From contig NC_087436.1 in NCBI RefSeq assembly GCF_036321535.1, forward strand, positions 81,222,001 to 81,286,000: a stretch of 64,000 bases of DNA. The letters are read 5' to 3'. Shown piece by piece: positions 12,900-25,535 of this stretch. How positions within the stretch are numbered: the stretch's first letter is position 1; each line of letters begins with the position of its first letter. The stretch is from Camelus dromedarius (Eukaryota). The notes under the pieces were generated by a model. The model made no database searches, had not been told where the DNA came from, and was given only the letters and a program-made list of their open reading frames with translations. The position numbers were made by a program, and so were the translations under genes.

Positions 12900-13150
12900 T
12901 AGACTATGGTTGCTCAGCCCTGTCTTTCTAGAAATCATTACCTCTTCTGAGGTGCTCTCCCTGACTCCATCCCTATGCTTTAATCCCACAGCGCTCTTCT
13001 GTGGCTTCCCTCACTTGGCGTTTTAACCTATTTACTGGCCCGCTGCCCTAGCCCCACTGCACTGCAACCTCCTGGGGAACAGGGGCTTTGTCCTACAGGT
13101 GCGTGGCTAGTGTATAACACAGTGTCTGACGTACACATGCCGAATTCAGG
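12900..13150 (+). mobile_element. L2 3' end
   Basis: cacctcttctgaggtgctctccctgact-like segment, ctgcaacctcctggggaacaggggctttgtc, aacacagtgtctgacgtaca. Confidence 0.65.
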
Positions 13151-16089
13151 GGCCCGGTGTTGCTCTAGTCTTGTTACAAAAGGACACATATCCCATGTGA
13201 GGTACTCCCATACAAGGATATGGTGAAGGGTGGGCCAGCCTGCCACACTAGACATCTGGTTAGTCAATTGGAAAGTAGAAAGACAAAGGCAGGAGAACAT
13301 GGGCTTGCTGCTTTTTCCCTCTGGGTAAAATATTCCACGTTTTTGCTCCACAGATATTTTATTTCATGTTTACTCAGATTTTATGATAAAGCAGATGGCT
13401 ATTTTTTTTTTTTTACCACGTCACTCATTTTGCCAGTCAGGTGTTTTATTAAACTTGTTTATTTTAACTTCTTCACTATTTACCAGAGTTTCAGCAGTCC
13501 CTTCAGATGATGGAGGCTGAGACTCAGTGCTGAGACATCCAAGAAATATTTTGAGCTGTTCGTTCATGGTCTATCCTCTTATATTTGCTCGAATCTCATT
13601 TGTTTTATGATAAATATTGCCTCAGAAAAGGGATACTTCAGAAAGAAATGCTTTGGATATTTTTGTTTGCAACAGATTTTGAGTTTCAAAAAGCTTAACT
13701 CTTAAATCCTCAGGATCTAAAGTTTAAATTACTACAACCATGACAAAATAAAGCAGATATTTTACCTCATCCCCAAGAGCAGATAATGATTCTCAAGGCA
13801 GTGGGGCCAGAGGGAAAAATTGGAGGGAAGCAAAGGGATCTTAGATACTTGGAGGATGGTAAGCATCCAAGAAAGTGTTCCATGTTCTGCCACCTTCTCC
13901 CACTCCTTGACCCGAGTACATGAGAGACAGACCTGAAAACCTGGGGCAGATTTGCAGGGATCTGTGACTTGGTCCTATGTGAAGTGCATGCATTGTATAA
14001 AACTAGAGTCACTTGTTAGTGCTGCTCTGTGTGGTGTTGCATCATTATACATAAGTATCTAATCAGACATGTCCAAGACAGCCTCCCAGCTTATCCCCAT
14101 GCCCTAAATGCAGTCAAGAGGGGAAAAGAAGGAGCAGCATTAGAGTCAAACCTGAGAAAGCCATGGGTCAGGATAGGGAGGACTTCATCCCAGGGTCTGT
14201 GGACCGAGGTGCAGGAACAGACAAGGAAGGTAGAAATCAACATCTCAGAGGTGCCCACGTGTGCAGAAGATGATGGCCTTGGACCGCATTCCCACTCTCT
14301 CCCATCTCAGACATGGAGCCCTAGATGTCCACAGCATCAGACAGTGAGGGCCCTGGATTAACAAAGATGAAGTTTCAGCCACCTGACAGTATAAAGGAAT
14401 AAGGAAGTTACCCTTTATACACCTGGCTCTGTAGACCAACATCCATTTCTTCCTTACACAGAAATCTTTTTTTTTTACTTAAACTAATTACTTACTTGTC
14501 TGTGTTACTATAGAAAATGCCAGTGTGGAACTAACAGTTTGTAATCTTATTAAACATCTAAACTATACTTGTTTTTCTTTGAAGCTGGAGAGAGATCAAG
14601 GCAAGAAAGACAAAGTGTAGGATTTGACCTGTGTAGGTCTTGAGCATAGAAGTGAGAGGATTAGGGGATGAAAAGAGTAATCTTATAGGAGAATCTTTAC
14701 CCTAGACAGCTTAATAGAGCTCCATATTTTAGTTTCTGTTTCATCCAAATTCTGATCTCTAAGGACCAGGAACATCTGTTATCTTTCTGTTCCTTACTGA
14801 TGTGATCTTAAGTGACACGGAGCAAATGCTGAAATTTTGGTAAATTGCTCAGAAGGATTGTTGCCTGTCTGAAAGTGCCTTATAAACTGAGCCCATACTG
14901 GTAATGAGTGACCCTTTTACCCAGGTTCTTAAAGCACAACAAAGCTGCCCTCAAAGTCATATCTGTTCCAAGTCTTCGGGCTCCATACAGATCAAGGACA
15001 GAAAGGAAAAAAATTACGTACTGGCTTTCTCAGGGGTTTACAGATTCCTCAAAGAGTAAAGGCTGAATTTGTACATGCAAAGAACTTCCCTATGAAGCAC
15101 TCAGTTCTGAGGAGTTCTTAACTTACTGATGTGAGAATTTTCCTACTCATGGCCTATTTAGGTTTTCACTGGTCCCCTGGGACATCTATGGAACTTCTTG
15201 GCCTATATATGGCCCAATGGTCCAGTTTCCTGCTACTCAGAGTGCAGAGAGGGGGTGATATGCAGAAGCAGACTTGTGTACGGGGGTGGCACCAGAGAGT
15301 GCCACTCCATGCAAGTGCAAATGAAGGCTCTGAACAAAAATCTTTTCTGGAAAACCAGACACGGCATCTGCCAGGCTTGACAACATTGGGCTATAATTTG
15401 GGGAAGCAATCAGCATCAGGGGTACTATGATGTGGCAAATGAGATCCAGGCGGTCAGAGAGAGCAGGATGGCCGGCAGTCAAAGAACAGGCATGCAGCAA
15501 AGGTCAAGCAGGCTTTGGTTTCCAGGGAAATGGGTCAGCAGATTGGCTGGAGTTCATGCATAGCACTCTTCTTAAGAATGAAATGGAAAGCAGGATGCAG
15601 GCTCTTCAAGCACCTGGGTACGAGACATTAGATAAGCAGTAAGACACCAGAAAAGCAAGAACTCAGGTTGCAATAGGAGATCCCAAATCTGCAGGGCAGG
15701 GCTGAGCTAGCAGTGAATCAGATGGTAGTAGAGAGGAGCAAATTACAGGTATCGGTAACCAGAGAAAGCCAGGTATTCTGCAGGGTTGTGCCTATCCTGG
15801 TCTTAGGTGATGGGGAAGTTAGCGCCAGCCATCTCAATGCATTCCCTGTAGAAACTGTTGCTGGAGATGATGATTTTCCCTTTCCTGAGATGCAACGTTA
15901 AGGATTCTTCCAAATCCCCTTGGGAAGCCCTATTAAACCATGACTTTCTCTTCCAAGACTACTAGATTCTTATATCTCCTTGCTTTAAGGTCTAAGTAAG
16001 GATGTTTCCTTGCCTGAATTTCTGGCCTGCCTTCCAATGCCCTGATTGTAAATATTCCTTTCTCTTGTCTTCTCTCAGTAACTCCTTGA

Positions 16090-16269
16090 ATATTAGATTT
16101 TTTAGCAGGTGCAAAAGTCACCTAAAGAACTTAAAAAGCAGATTTCTGGGCCTGTGCCCAGACTGTCAGATTCAGTTAGTTTGGTATGGGGCCCTGAAAT
16201 ATGTATTTTAACAAAAACTCTAGGTGATAATGATGCAGGTGGTCCATGGACCACACTTTGAAAGCACTG
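16090..16269 (-). mobile_element. MER5A-like hAT-Charlie non-autonomous DNA transposon
   Basis: gcagatttctgggcctgtgcccagac...ggggccctgaaatatgtattttaacaa...ggtccatggaccacactttgaaagcactg. Confidence 0.85.
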
Positions 16270-17265
16270 CTTTAAGTCATTTAAATGCCTTGGGAATTTT
16301 GGCAATCCATTGTCTAAATAACAGCTCTCAGACTGCCTTTTGCTCCTCATGTAGCAGCATAGATCATTCCTTATCTCACATATATCTTGATTTGGGGTTA
16401 TGAAAATGGTCCCCATTACAATATCCTGGGCCAAAACTGAGAATTTTAGGATGCAATTCAAAATTCTAGATAGCGTGTACTTGGACTGTCTTTAATTTTA
16501 TTGTTATCTACAATTTAAAGGGAAATTTATTTTTATTGAAATTTAGATCTACTCTGGGATAGGAAAATGGTTTTAATTTATACCTGAAATACAAGATTGT
16601 ATCTTTTTACTCTTCCCAGAGTGAGATATTTCTCTTTTCTAGTTTTTTAGAGAACTGTTCTTTCAACTGCAAGCATAAAGACAGCTGCAGACTCTTGGTA
16701 TAAATTAAAAGGGAGTATTTGATATATTTTCAGTGTCTCTTTCAGAATTGGAATCTGGGCAACAAGCAGTCATCACATATGGGAAAGATTTACATTGCCT
16801 GAGTGGGCTCAAGTTTGATGTAGCATAAATGGTATTTTCAAGAGCTCCAGTTCCCCAGATTTTCCATGGCTACAGTATATGCTCTTGTCTCTACTGAGAA
16901 ATATGCTAGTCTAGGGAATAATGAATAAGCATTCTTCCAGGCACTGTAGTCATAGCCCTTTGTTTTTGGCCAAGTTTAGTGTGACTGTTTCACATATGAT
17001 TTTGTTCTTCATGAAGCAGATTGGAAAAAATGAAAACCCAGTCTAAAAATAATTATATCAAGCATTTAACCTCAATCAGTAAACATGTGTTATTACTAGG
17101 GTCTGTAAGATCCAAATGGCAGGTTTGTGCCACATATTGAGAGTTCAGTGTCGGTCAAAACTCTGTTCTTTTCACCCTTTTTAACCCAACAGAAAAGTGA
17201 GGAATCACAGAAAGAAAGGAACACCATGAAATAATGTATAAAACAAATTGTCAAAAACAAAACAA

Positions 17266-17297
<32 letters not shown>

Positions 17298-17536
17298 AAG
17301 GAAGCCCATAGATTGGAACTAAATGTTCATATTTGAGGAATCTGCACAGTCTTCTTCAAATATTTTTTAACAACTGCCTTATCAGTATTTTCAGTGTTAT
17401 AAATTCTGCTGCTGTAGCATATTCATGTAGACCATAAATGCATATCTGAGGGTAAAGATAGGAGCCAATAATGTAAAATCTTGCTCTCTACAAAAAAATG
17501 GTTAGGATATGAAGGTGACCCCAGAAAAGAAATTAT

Positions 17537-17921
17537 ATGTGTTAAAATACTGAGTCATGAATTGTGTTCATCAGGTATTTTCAGCTCTCAGCTCTCTGGT
17601 CATATAACAGACTTATACTTCTCCCCTTCCCTTTTTAAAAAAAAAATTATTCTTGGCCATGTAACTTTCTTTAGCCAATGAAAAATGAACAGAAGTGATG
17701 TGTCTCACTTCCAGGTAGGAGTTTTAGGTGTCACTGTCCAGATCACCATGTGCCCTTCCTACTGCTCAGGGATTTTGGAAGCATACATTGGGGTCCTTGA
17801 GTGAGTATGATGAGCTGAGGCTCCTTCTGACCCACAGTGGACAATGGTGTAAGTCAGAAATAATTTTTGTTATGGAACTGGTTGTTAGTGTAGCATCATT
17901 TAGCCTATCCTGACTGATACA
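17537..17921 (+). mobile_element. MLT1-type (MaLR) solo LTR
   Basis: ggccatgtaactttctttagccaatgaaa...agaagtgatgtgtctcacttcc; ends tagcctatcctgactgataca. Confidence 0.85.
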
Positions 17922-20900
17922 GATATAGACACGGAGGCAAGAAAACACTTCAAGTTTCTGATGGAAAATGGAGATTTCCAAATAAATATAGAGGCTGTCA
18001 ATAGTGTATGATTGCACATTGTATATCCCTTAAAGGAGCCCTAGAGCCAGCCTGATGGAAAAACTTATTATTGTTCAGTTTTGGAGTCAGGTCTAAATTT
18101 TAAGGAACTAAAAACAATATTAAATAAATTTGTGTTCATGGATTTATGTAGTAATGAGCAGTAACATACAGTAAAAGTGTCAATCATGATGACACTTGAA
18201 AATTAATAATTGGAGTGAATGGGATAGAGATTCGACTTTTCTTTTCAATAATGCAAGCTTTTTTTGAGTGAGCTAGAAGCAATTTTATATTTAAAAATAC
18301 AAATATGGAAAAATGTAATGCCATACCCCAATAAAAATCTAAAGCTTTAACAATTCTTAAAATTGTATTTTAGAGAAAACCTAGTGATCAGGATTAAGAG
18401 AATTCAACAGATGCTTGTCCTGAAAAAGCAGCCAAAATAAAAGACTTGGAAAGAAATGGAGTATCAGATTTTACCTGTATAAAAGCCAAGGCACACATGG
18501 TCTCTTCATAGCATAGCCTGCTTTAAAGAAACTTGCCCACTAACTGTAAATAGAATTTTTAATTCCAGTAAAGTCTGTTAGAAGATTTCCAATTCTTGAT
18601 TCATTGCATTATCTCTTTCATTTCTTGCATTTGTCCTCAAAGCCTGTCTGAACCCTCAAATTTTTTTCCTGAAATCCAGCCCATGGCCCCTCCTTTCTCA
18701 CTTATCCTTTTAATATTTTCTCTTCCTGCTTCAAGCAATTTCTTTCCTTGATTCTCTCAGCTCTCTACCCATTACCAAATTCTGTAAAACTGGAGCAGAG
18801 AGACTGACTATTCTATGGAGTGAAAAAGGCCAAGAGTCAAGACAAAATGCTCTGTAGCAATCAAGAGGAGATAAGACATGAAAAATTATAATAAAATGTT
18901 CTTTATTTTCCTATGTTTGACACAGTTATGAGGGTTGAGCTTTCAAGGAACTAGCCTTTGCTTATCCTGGGAAAACCCCCATTGGTTACATCTTCTGTAC
19001 AGACAGGTTTCTTTTAAAAAGAAATGTAGCGATTGTCCCTTGAAAGTAGCTGGAACTAATAAAAGAATGCACCATCTACTCCAGCCCAGCTCTCTATGGT
19101 GTACACACCTTAATGGTATTTTGAAGGGTATTATGACAATTTATGGATAATATTCCAAAATGCTATTCACTGAGACAACATTTCTGGTATATCTCTCCTC
19201 CCAACATTATCCCTGTTTGGCTGTATTTTCTAAGGAAATATCTGGTTTCAAAGAGCTACTATATTTCCTATTTTAGAAATCCAGGATCATCAAGTTGATG
19301 TATAATAGTACCGTTTGAAGCTCTGGCAGATGTCGTTGTCATGCACCACTGAAGTACATCAACAAATTGCACCCATCAACTAATATTTGGACTTGTTTAA
19401 CTCCCTTTCACTATTTAATTAGGCTCAAGAATGTCACAGTAGGCAGAGAACTCACTGTTTTTCTGTACTTAAGAAATTCTTGTTGAAATGGAGGAATATT
19501 TTTCCTGGCCCCATAAGTTAGAGACAGTGAGATAAATTGAGAGTTGAAAGATAAGTTAGCTCCCAGTTACATAACACCAATAAATTTTAAAGAAATGAAA
19601 TTTTGTCTTTGTAGGAGGTCATAAATGTTGCAGCAAACGCCATTCACTACCCTCTACTTCTATGAACGTGAATAATACAGAATATACGCGCTTTAACTTT
19701 GTCTAGGTAGTAAGTTTGATGCACTTAGTTGAGTGTGAAATATCTCTAGAATGTGTACTTCAAGGTGCTGCCAGCAGTAATTCTAATTGCTTATTTACAA
19801 TAAGTTTCTGTAATGAGGAATCCTTAAGGGAACAAAGTTAAGCATGTGTTATGTTCTGGACTTTAAGATAAGATTGCTTCTTAGAGCTGTTTGCTTTGAT
19901 ATGGGAATATGGTTTTAAAATATGGGGCCTGGGTGGATACGAAGCTTGTAAGACATAGCCCAGATTAATGAAAATAAGGTTAGTAGAAATTTTAAACCTT
20001 ATTTCCCACAGAAAAATCAAAAGATAGGATAGTGCTTCCTCTTTGGGTTCTGTTTATGGTACCTGGCAGACTTTTTTCCATCACATTCTATTTTTAAACA
20101 AGTCTTCAAAGCTTTAAAATTATGACCCTCAGTTTGTGTATACTTTTTTTTATCTTAGATAAAATATGTGATGGAATGAGATTAGGCCATTTCCTGTTAC
20201 AAAAAAAAAAAAAAAAAAGAAAGAATGCTCTTGTGTATACTTTGCTTAATAGTCCCTAAGAATGTTTTCTTCAGTATTAATCCACTATCCATAGCACGCT
20301 AGGTGTTGCCCAAAACACACACACAAGAAGCAGTGCCTTCTTTTTGAGAATTTATGATTCATTGTCAGCATGTATAATACAAGGAAAGGAATAGCAAAAT
20401 GATAGGGATATAGATAAGAATATTCCGAAGGAAATTTATTGAGGCTTCACCTGAGAAGGAAATGTTGTGATTTATTTAACTGTATGAGGTAATGACTAAG
20501 AAGAGTTATCATATAACTTTTGCCTTTTTTTTAGGGAACAGTATTTCTTGTGCTGAGGGAGAAAGGCATGTTGAATAGCTTAATGAAACAATCTAAATGG
20601 ATATCACAGAGAGGGGATAAACTCATACATTCCAGAACTTTGAGAAAGAAACATTTTGATTTTCAATGGAAGTGTCTATTTTCTGTTACCATTTCTGTTG
20701 CTTTTAGGGTCGTTTGTGTCTATGGAAGGTAGTTGTGTGACTTTCATAGTGCAACTTACATCTGTCTAGGGGATATCTGAATTTCAATGAAATAATAAAG
20801 TGGTAGAATGAAAAAGAGACACCATATACCCCTGAAGATTATTCTGCTGATGTTTTCGGTACCCTTTTGTAACATTAGTTATGTAGCCAGTGGCATAATT

Positions 20901-21334
20901 AATAAAGTACAAGAGGAGAAAAACTAATACCCAAATATAATTGTAGTATATAATGCTTTTAAAATGTGCTATCTTCAAAATATCATTGCAGATTCTTTTA
21001 CTTAAACATTATCTTGGTCATCTCAGAAAATTTCCATTATGTGATCTTTCAAATTAGTAACACTCACTGTAACCATGTCTGGCCCCCTGTTTCATCTCAT
21101 CAGTGGCTCAGTACAATGTTGTTCTGCAACCAATAAAATTAAAATCTGCCCTCATGCACTTATTGGGTTATTCCCCTCAAATAGCAGCCAGAGAGGTATA
21201 AGGCCTGGGAAAGAGAAATTGCGTAGTCGAAGAGCCTTTTCATGGGTAGTAATCAACATCCAGGCACAAGGAAGCTCCACCCAGTAAACTGAAATACGTC
21301 ACCTCTCACTGCCTTATCTCCTTCACTCCACGTT

Positions 21335-21400
21335 ACAGTTTTTCACATTTTAACACTTAGAAATTGACATTTGTCTCCGAACTGATGTGTACATGAATAT
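21335..21400. mobile_element. Possible Tigger-like (MamRep434-type) fragment
   Basis: tttttcacattttaacacttagaaattgacatttgtct resembles a recalled consensus; the match is short. Confidence 0.35.
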
Positions 21401-21541
21401 AGAAAGTCACACGACGTTCATACAGAGGAATCAGTGTTACCCAGAGGTTAAAAATGTTTATAAATGGTGATAACCTGATGACCTTTACTTTCTCTTTCTC
21501 TGTCTTGGCTCTGTTTTCTGTTCTCTTTCTCCCACTGAAAG

Positions 21542-21745
21542 ACAGTGTGGTTTATTAGAGAGACCGTGGGTTGTAGATTCCAAGAATTTAGGGTTTGAAC
21601 TGGAGTCCTAATTGTGGACTATTTTGGCCTTGACTTTTTTCTCCATGGAAGAGTAACAATGCCATAATCACGAGACTGTCGTGAAGCCTAATGAGATAGT
21701 ACATGTACAGTTTGTAGTAGAAAACATAATTGTAGTAAATAATAA
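21542..21745 (+). mobile_element. MIR-family SINE
   Basis: acagtgtggtttattagagagaccgtggg...gggtttgaac...gtgaagcctaatgagatagtacatgta. Confidence 0.65.
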
Positions 21746-23490
21746 TTGTGTCCCTTTTCCACTGTTTTGGGTGCCCACCAGGTTTCAGTTCTGCTGGAAC
21801 TCTTTATTTTATTTTCCCATCTTCCCTCGTTTAACCCTCATTTTATTATTGTGTAGGTGGACTTCAATGTGAAAACAAACAATACAGTAACAGAAACAGA
21901 AACAGAAAGATGAGTCTTCCATGTATAGTGGTATAAGACCAAGTTAATATACTCTCCACTCAATGAAAAAGAAAATTATACCTGATTCATTTGTTTCTGA
22001 CTCATAAAAGCCAAGTTTTAAGCACACAAAACTTCAATTTAAATACCAATTTAGCCTTTCCTTGAAAACATCAAAAGAATTTATTAAGATAAGGATGCAT
22101 GAATTCTTTCTAAATATCTGTAAAATTCAGATATATTAATGGCAGAACTCAATCAAGTCACTTCTTAAAAATACCACGTTAGCCAGGAAGACGTCAAATC
22201 TCTGTCCTATTCCAGCCCCTACCCTACCCCAAACTTCAGTGACAAGACCTCTAATTCAAATAATTTAGAATCTCTTGGACACTTACCTGGTTTTGAAGGA
22301 GATGACAGGCTGACTAAAGGAAGTGAAGTCTTATTAACTCTTGGCCATGGAAGGATCTCTATCCCTTTTATGACAATCATAGGAACAGTTTGGGTGAGAC
22401 CCTTTCTAGTGACTCCTCCTACCCACACATTGTTGACAGCAGACACTGGAGGCTTGTGAACCAGAGTTTGATTCTCTACTTGTGAGGGTTTTATTCAATA
22501 TCTCATTAAATTTTGAAATATTTATTGATCTGACTTTAGTGGAAGACTCTGTCTTGACTGTTTCTGCTTGTTGTGTCTTAGTTGGAAATAGATAGGCAAC
22601 AATTATTAAATATTCATATTCAAATCATTGTGGTCTTTCCTGGTTTTGGGCTGTCAGAATCTGAAACAAGGCTATTTATCTGTATGCTGTTTTTTCACTT
22701 GGGAAGTATCTTTAAGGTATCATCCAGATTTTGTGACTTCTGCATTTTTAATTTGACTACACAACTTGTATCTATGCCAAAAATGGGAGAGGTTTCTAGT
22801 TAACAAGGCATGGTGGAAAAATTTAGCTAAGAACCAACTTCTCTACACACATAAAATAATAACAAAAGCACAAAACCAAAACTAAAAATAACTTACAGTA
22901 ATTCTATGCTTAAGGACACTCAGCTTACTATATGTGTGTCTAACATTAAATGTGCTTTTTATCCATTGACACATGTTTATCTTGGATAGTCTTTAGATCA
23001 ATATAAGTGCATTAACTACTTAATATTTACTTGGTTACATTGATTCACCACCAGAGAATGATTAGTGTCAATTCCCTGAGAGAAGGGTTCTCTACTGCAT
23101 GCGGCAAGGTATGTAGCGTGAAATTGGTTCCGTATACTAACATCCCGAATCAAAGATGTGAAATTTACTCATGAGTTTTTTTTTAAAATAATTTAGAGCA
23201 TATTCAGAAGCATCATTACATCATTCCTATGCAGCTGAGAAGTTTTCTAGAATTGGAATCTGTGTTAATTAAGTTTGATTATCTAGTCTATTTTTTAAAA
23301 TTACACGTATGGAACTTTCTAAGATCATTTTCTCTGTAGCAACCATTTTATTAATTTTTATGGATCTTTTTTACATCAGAACTTTTCCAGTTTCAGTTAT
23401 AAAACCCAGCTATAGCCAACATCAGCAAAAAATTGAATTTAATAGATCACAAAACTGAGAAAGCCGAGGGTAGCCCAGCCCTCAGGCATG

Positions 23491-24245
23491 GTATATCAAT
23501 TTGGGTCCACTCAGGAGAGAGAAACCACATAGTAATTTTGGAACAGGGAAAGTTTAATATAAAGAATTATTGACTGTAACAGAGGATTAGCGTATCAAGC
23601 GAATGGCCAGTAAGAAGTAAAAAGAACTCTCAAGAATACAGACAAAGCAGATACAAGGAGCAGCCGCGCCCCCTCAAGGTGTGATTGAGCGCCCCGAGGA
23701 CACACAGACCCCCCAGGCTGAGATCCAGACCTCTTTGGAGAGGGCATGGCCTTGGCTCACTAGATGGCTGAGCAGTCGCTGTGGTGCTGCCCTGGCAGAA
23801 CTTTCTGAAAGTCCTCCCTTTGAAACTTGCCTGAAATGTGTCCTTTCGGGTGCCAGGAAGTCCACAGAGAGGTGTCTGACTGGAGGTACTCTGGTACAAA
23901 AGGGGCTGAGCTGATATAGAGGGAAACTGCGGGCCACTGAGTTTTGGGACCAGGATATACTGCAGGTGCTTGATGCAGAAGAATCTTCTGGAGCTGCAGC
24001 TCCTGGGCACTGAGGAGCCTTTGTACCCTGGGAGAGCCGGGTGCCGGGGAAGCCGGGTGTGCTGCAGGAACCCTCAGAGCCAACGCACAGGAACCAGGGA
24101 GCAAAGCCCACCTGCTCCTGCAGTGTCTCTCTCATGCCCTCTACTGGCAGAGTTTTAACATGGTGCCAGTGGGCAAAGGAAACATTCTTGGAGGCAACAT
24201 ACCCGCTTTCACAGAGCAGGCAAAAATGATGGGTTTAGAGCAAAC
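23491..24245 (-). mobile_element. Ancient Gypsy-like solo LTR (MamGypLTR/LTR85/LTR88 class)
   Basis: Starts tatatcaatttgggtccactcaggagagagaaaccaca...tttaatataaagaatt; GC-rich body. Subfamily uncertain. Confidence 0.65.
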
Positions 24246-24487
24246 ACGGTGAGATCCAAAGATGTGACTGATGTCGGCGGGATTGCTTGTTTTCCATTTC
24301 TCAGTGTTGCTTTCCTCTGGGGTGGCTTCATTCTAGGTTGGCAGCCTCCATGTTGTGGTACAATGAACTCAGGAACTCAGCAGCCAAAGAGCTTCTCTTC
24401 TCAGCGATTGTAACAAAAATCCCATTATTGAGGATTGTTGACTCAGTGTTGTCCAACCATGTGCCATCCCCAAATCAGCGTGGCTGG

Positions 24488-24490
<3 letters not shown>

Positions 24491-24534
<44 letters not shown>
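24491..24534. repeat. (GT)22 microsatellite
   Basis: Read directly from the sequence. Confidence 0.97.
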
Positions 24535-24536
<2 letters not shown>

Positions 24537-24954
24537 CCCCCCATCTAGCATTATGTTCCTGTTTCCCTTACCCTTAGCCTCATCAGAGTGTCATTACCAG
24601 ACTAAGGCAGGTGGTGCTGGATGGGCCAAAACAACTTTTAATAAATAGGGGTACTGGCTGAAGAGTAAAACTTCCGAATTTATTGAATGCATTAAAAATG
24701 TACCTTATGTCCTTTTGAGCGTCTTCATTTTTTAAAATCATTTTTACGACGTTCTAGAGCATGAAGTTTAGACGATCTAGTTTAGTCAAGAGGCTTGAGT
24801 TTACTACTAAGAAGAAAAAGTGCTAGTGTCTGAATTAAGTCTTTCTGAACCCAGGATTTCTGTTAAAACGGAATCCAAAACTTATAAGATGCAACCTTTT
24901 TTCAAAGCTGAGAGGCTATGTCTACTTAACTAAACACTCTCTCAGCTAGAGCGT

Positions 24955-25535
24955 TACATATGGTGCATGTTCCATCTAGTACAACTCAGAAAAAAAAGGA
25001 ATGAGCTAATGACATACACAAAAGTTGGGGTGGATTTTAAAGGCATTATGCTGAGTAAAAAAGACAAAGCCAATCTCAAAAGGCTGCCTACAGGGTGATT
25101 CCATTTTATATAACAGTCTTGAATTGTATGACACAATTATACTGATGGAGAACTGCGCTGTGATCGCCAGGAGTTGAAGGTGGGGAGAGGATGTGACTAT
25201 AAAGGGGTAGCATGAAGGAGTTTCTTTGGGGTGATGGGACTGTTACCATGGTGGTTCCACAAATCAATACAGGTGATACATTTCACAGAACTATACTCTA
25301 CTACCTGCCCCACCCCCAAAATGAATGCATGTAAAACCTGGCAAAGCACCAGTAAGTTCTCTGTTTTTGTGAATGATGTTGTACTCATGTTAATTTTCTG
25401 GTTTTTATCATTTTACTATAGTTTTCAAAGATGTTTCTCTCTAGGGGAAGCTGGATAAAGGGCACATGGGAAATCTCTGTATGATTTTTGCAACTTCCTA
25501 TGCAAGGGTAAATTTATTTCAAAATAATGATTAAA
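24955..25535 (+). mobile_element. L1MC/L1MD-type 3' end
   Basis: aaaggcattatgctgagtaaaaaag...gattccatttt...gtgactataaaggggtagcatgaaggag...gggaagctggataaagggcacatgggaaatctctgt...tgcaacttcc. Confidence 0.85.

Larger units (their letters stand above)
23385..24635 (-). mobile_element. Old MLT1-type LTR split by an inserted LTR and a GT microsatellite
   Basis: MLT1-like pieces at about 23385-23490 (ending ctcaggcatgg) and 24250-24635 (gatccaaag...tgctttcctctggggtggcttcattct...catgtgccatcccc...gctggatgggccaaaacaac). Confidence 0.6.

Noticed and set aside
15400..15800. Purine-rich stretch resembling an ancient LTR
   Set aside because: I could not identify termini or a family with any confidence.
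17255..17300. A-rich tract as a possible retrocopy tail
   Set aside because: No recognisable upstream element body or TSD.
23630..24229. Cluster of overlapping ORFs on both strands
   Set aside because: They lie in a GC-rich LTR where stop codons are rare, and none resembles a known protein.
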